Source of the DNA: Streptosporangiales bacterium
GTDB lineage: Bacteria > Actinomycetota > Actinomycetes > Streptosporangiales > WHSR01
Length of the DNA stretch: 64,000 nt
Direction: 5' to 3'
NCBI GenBank assembly: GCA_009379995.1
Contig: WHSR01000009.1
Span: forward strand, 997-64,996
Within the stretch, counting starts at the first letter, position 1; each line of letters starts with the position of its first letter. The notes beneath the pieces were generated by a model, which was not told the origin of the DNA, made no database searches, and worked only from the letters and a program-made list of their open reading frames with translations. Below, one piece after another: positions 63,480 to 64,000 of this stretch. A program made the position numbers and the translations under genes.

Positions 63480-64000
63480 TCTCCAGCTTCGCGGTCACCC
63501 ATACTCCGTTCGCGGACTCCACCTGGTACGTGGTGCCGTCGCTGTACTCGCTGGCGACGGTGTCGGAGACCTCAACGTCCGACAGAGTCACACGGAGCCC
63601 GTTGTAGGTGAACGTCTCGCCCACCCGCGCGGTGGTAATTGCCGGGGTCGGCTCGACGGCGGCGTCGCCGGTCAGCGCCCCGGGGTCGGACGATCCCATC
63701 ATCTCGGCGATCGATAGGATCTGCACGCCGTGGTTGTCGCACGCGCCGGCCAGCTCGCTGTAGGTCTGGGTGACGGTGCCGATCATCGCGAACGCCGCCA
63801 TGGGATCGGTCTCGACGATCTTCGTCGTCTGCCAGGCGGCATCCATGAATGCCGTCCCGGCGTCCTTGATGTCGTCGTGGCGGGACTTCTGGAAGAGACC
63901 GCGGGCTTCCCCGGTACTCCTGCTTGGTGATCGGCTTGTCGGCGTTGGCGTTCTCTTTCGCGTCGGCTGCCAGCGCCTTGCAGGCCGTGATCCCCGCGTC
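63480..64000 (-). pseudogene. DUF4352-like extracellular domain protein, running off the window. Frame break near 63909-63912 and truncated 3' end.
   Basis: ..RVGETFTYNGLRVTLSDVEVSDTVASEYSDGTTYQVESANGVWVTAKLEIVNTSKEAAP.. Upstream coding sequence (..DAGITACKALAADAKENANADKPITKQEY) is in another frame. The domain stops where it meets the XRE gene. Confidence 0.5.

Noticed and set aside
1-64000. Secondary-metabolite cluster, prophage, integrative element, CRISPR-Cas or a known defence system
   Set aside because: No PKS/NRPS/terpene/RiPP core enzymes, phage structural genes, integrase, transposase, cas genes, repeat-spacer arrays or tRNA genes were seen on either strand. The accessory ends contain only small hypothetical genes and regulators.

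Overview
High-GC (about 70%) actinobacterial chromosomal segment, mostly housekeeping and metabolic operons with accessory islands at both ends (1-3.5 kb and 60.4-64 kb). No rRNA, tRNA, CRISPR array, transposase or integrase was seen. Recognisable content: CorA, an EEP nuclease/phosphatase, a CitE-like lyase, ALDH plus crotonase, a YkoEDC-type ECF transporter, TetR plus a type I Baeyer-Villiger monooxygenase, DUF711, hydroxypyruvate isomerase, a serine hydrolase, OtsA, a fused alpha/beta glycyl-tRNA synthetase, a domain-swapped RibD-like protein, a Tat sulfatase with an NPCBM domain, a sugar-acid operon (dehydratase, dehydrogenase, aldolase) and a split peptide ABC system with an M20 peptidase and a D-aminoacylase. 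There are four intact VapBC-type TA pairs plus one PIN remnant. Most notable: (1) a peroxiredoxin-fold gene with an in-frame TGA at the catalytic Cys position followed by a SECIS-like hairpin; (2) a 21-22 nt AT-rich palindrome core present twice at convergent gene junctions; (3) a duplicated promoter/leader module driving paralogous small genes beside XRE-TPR regulators, one heading a three-gene candidate toxin-immunity operon; (4) many disrupted genes. These are at least 8 frame breaks, mostly at short homopolymer runs (possibly sequencing indels), one amber stop, and several deletion junctions joining truncated genes.
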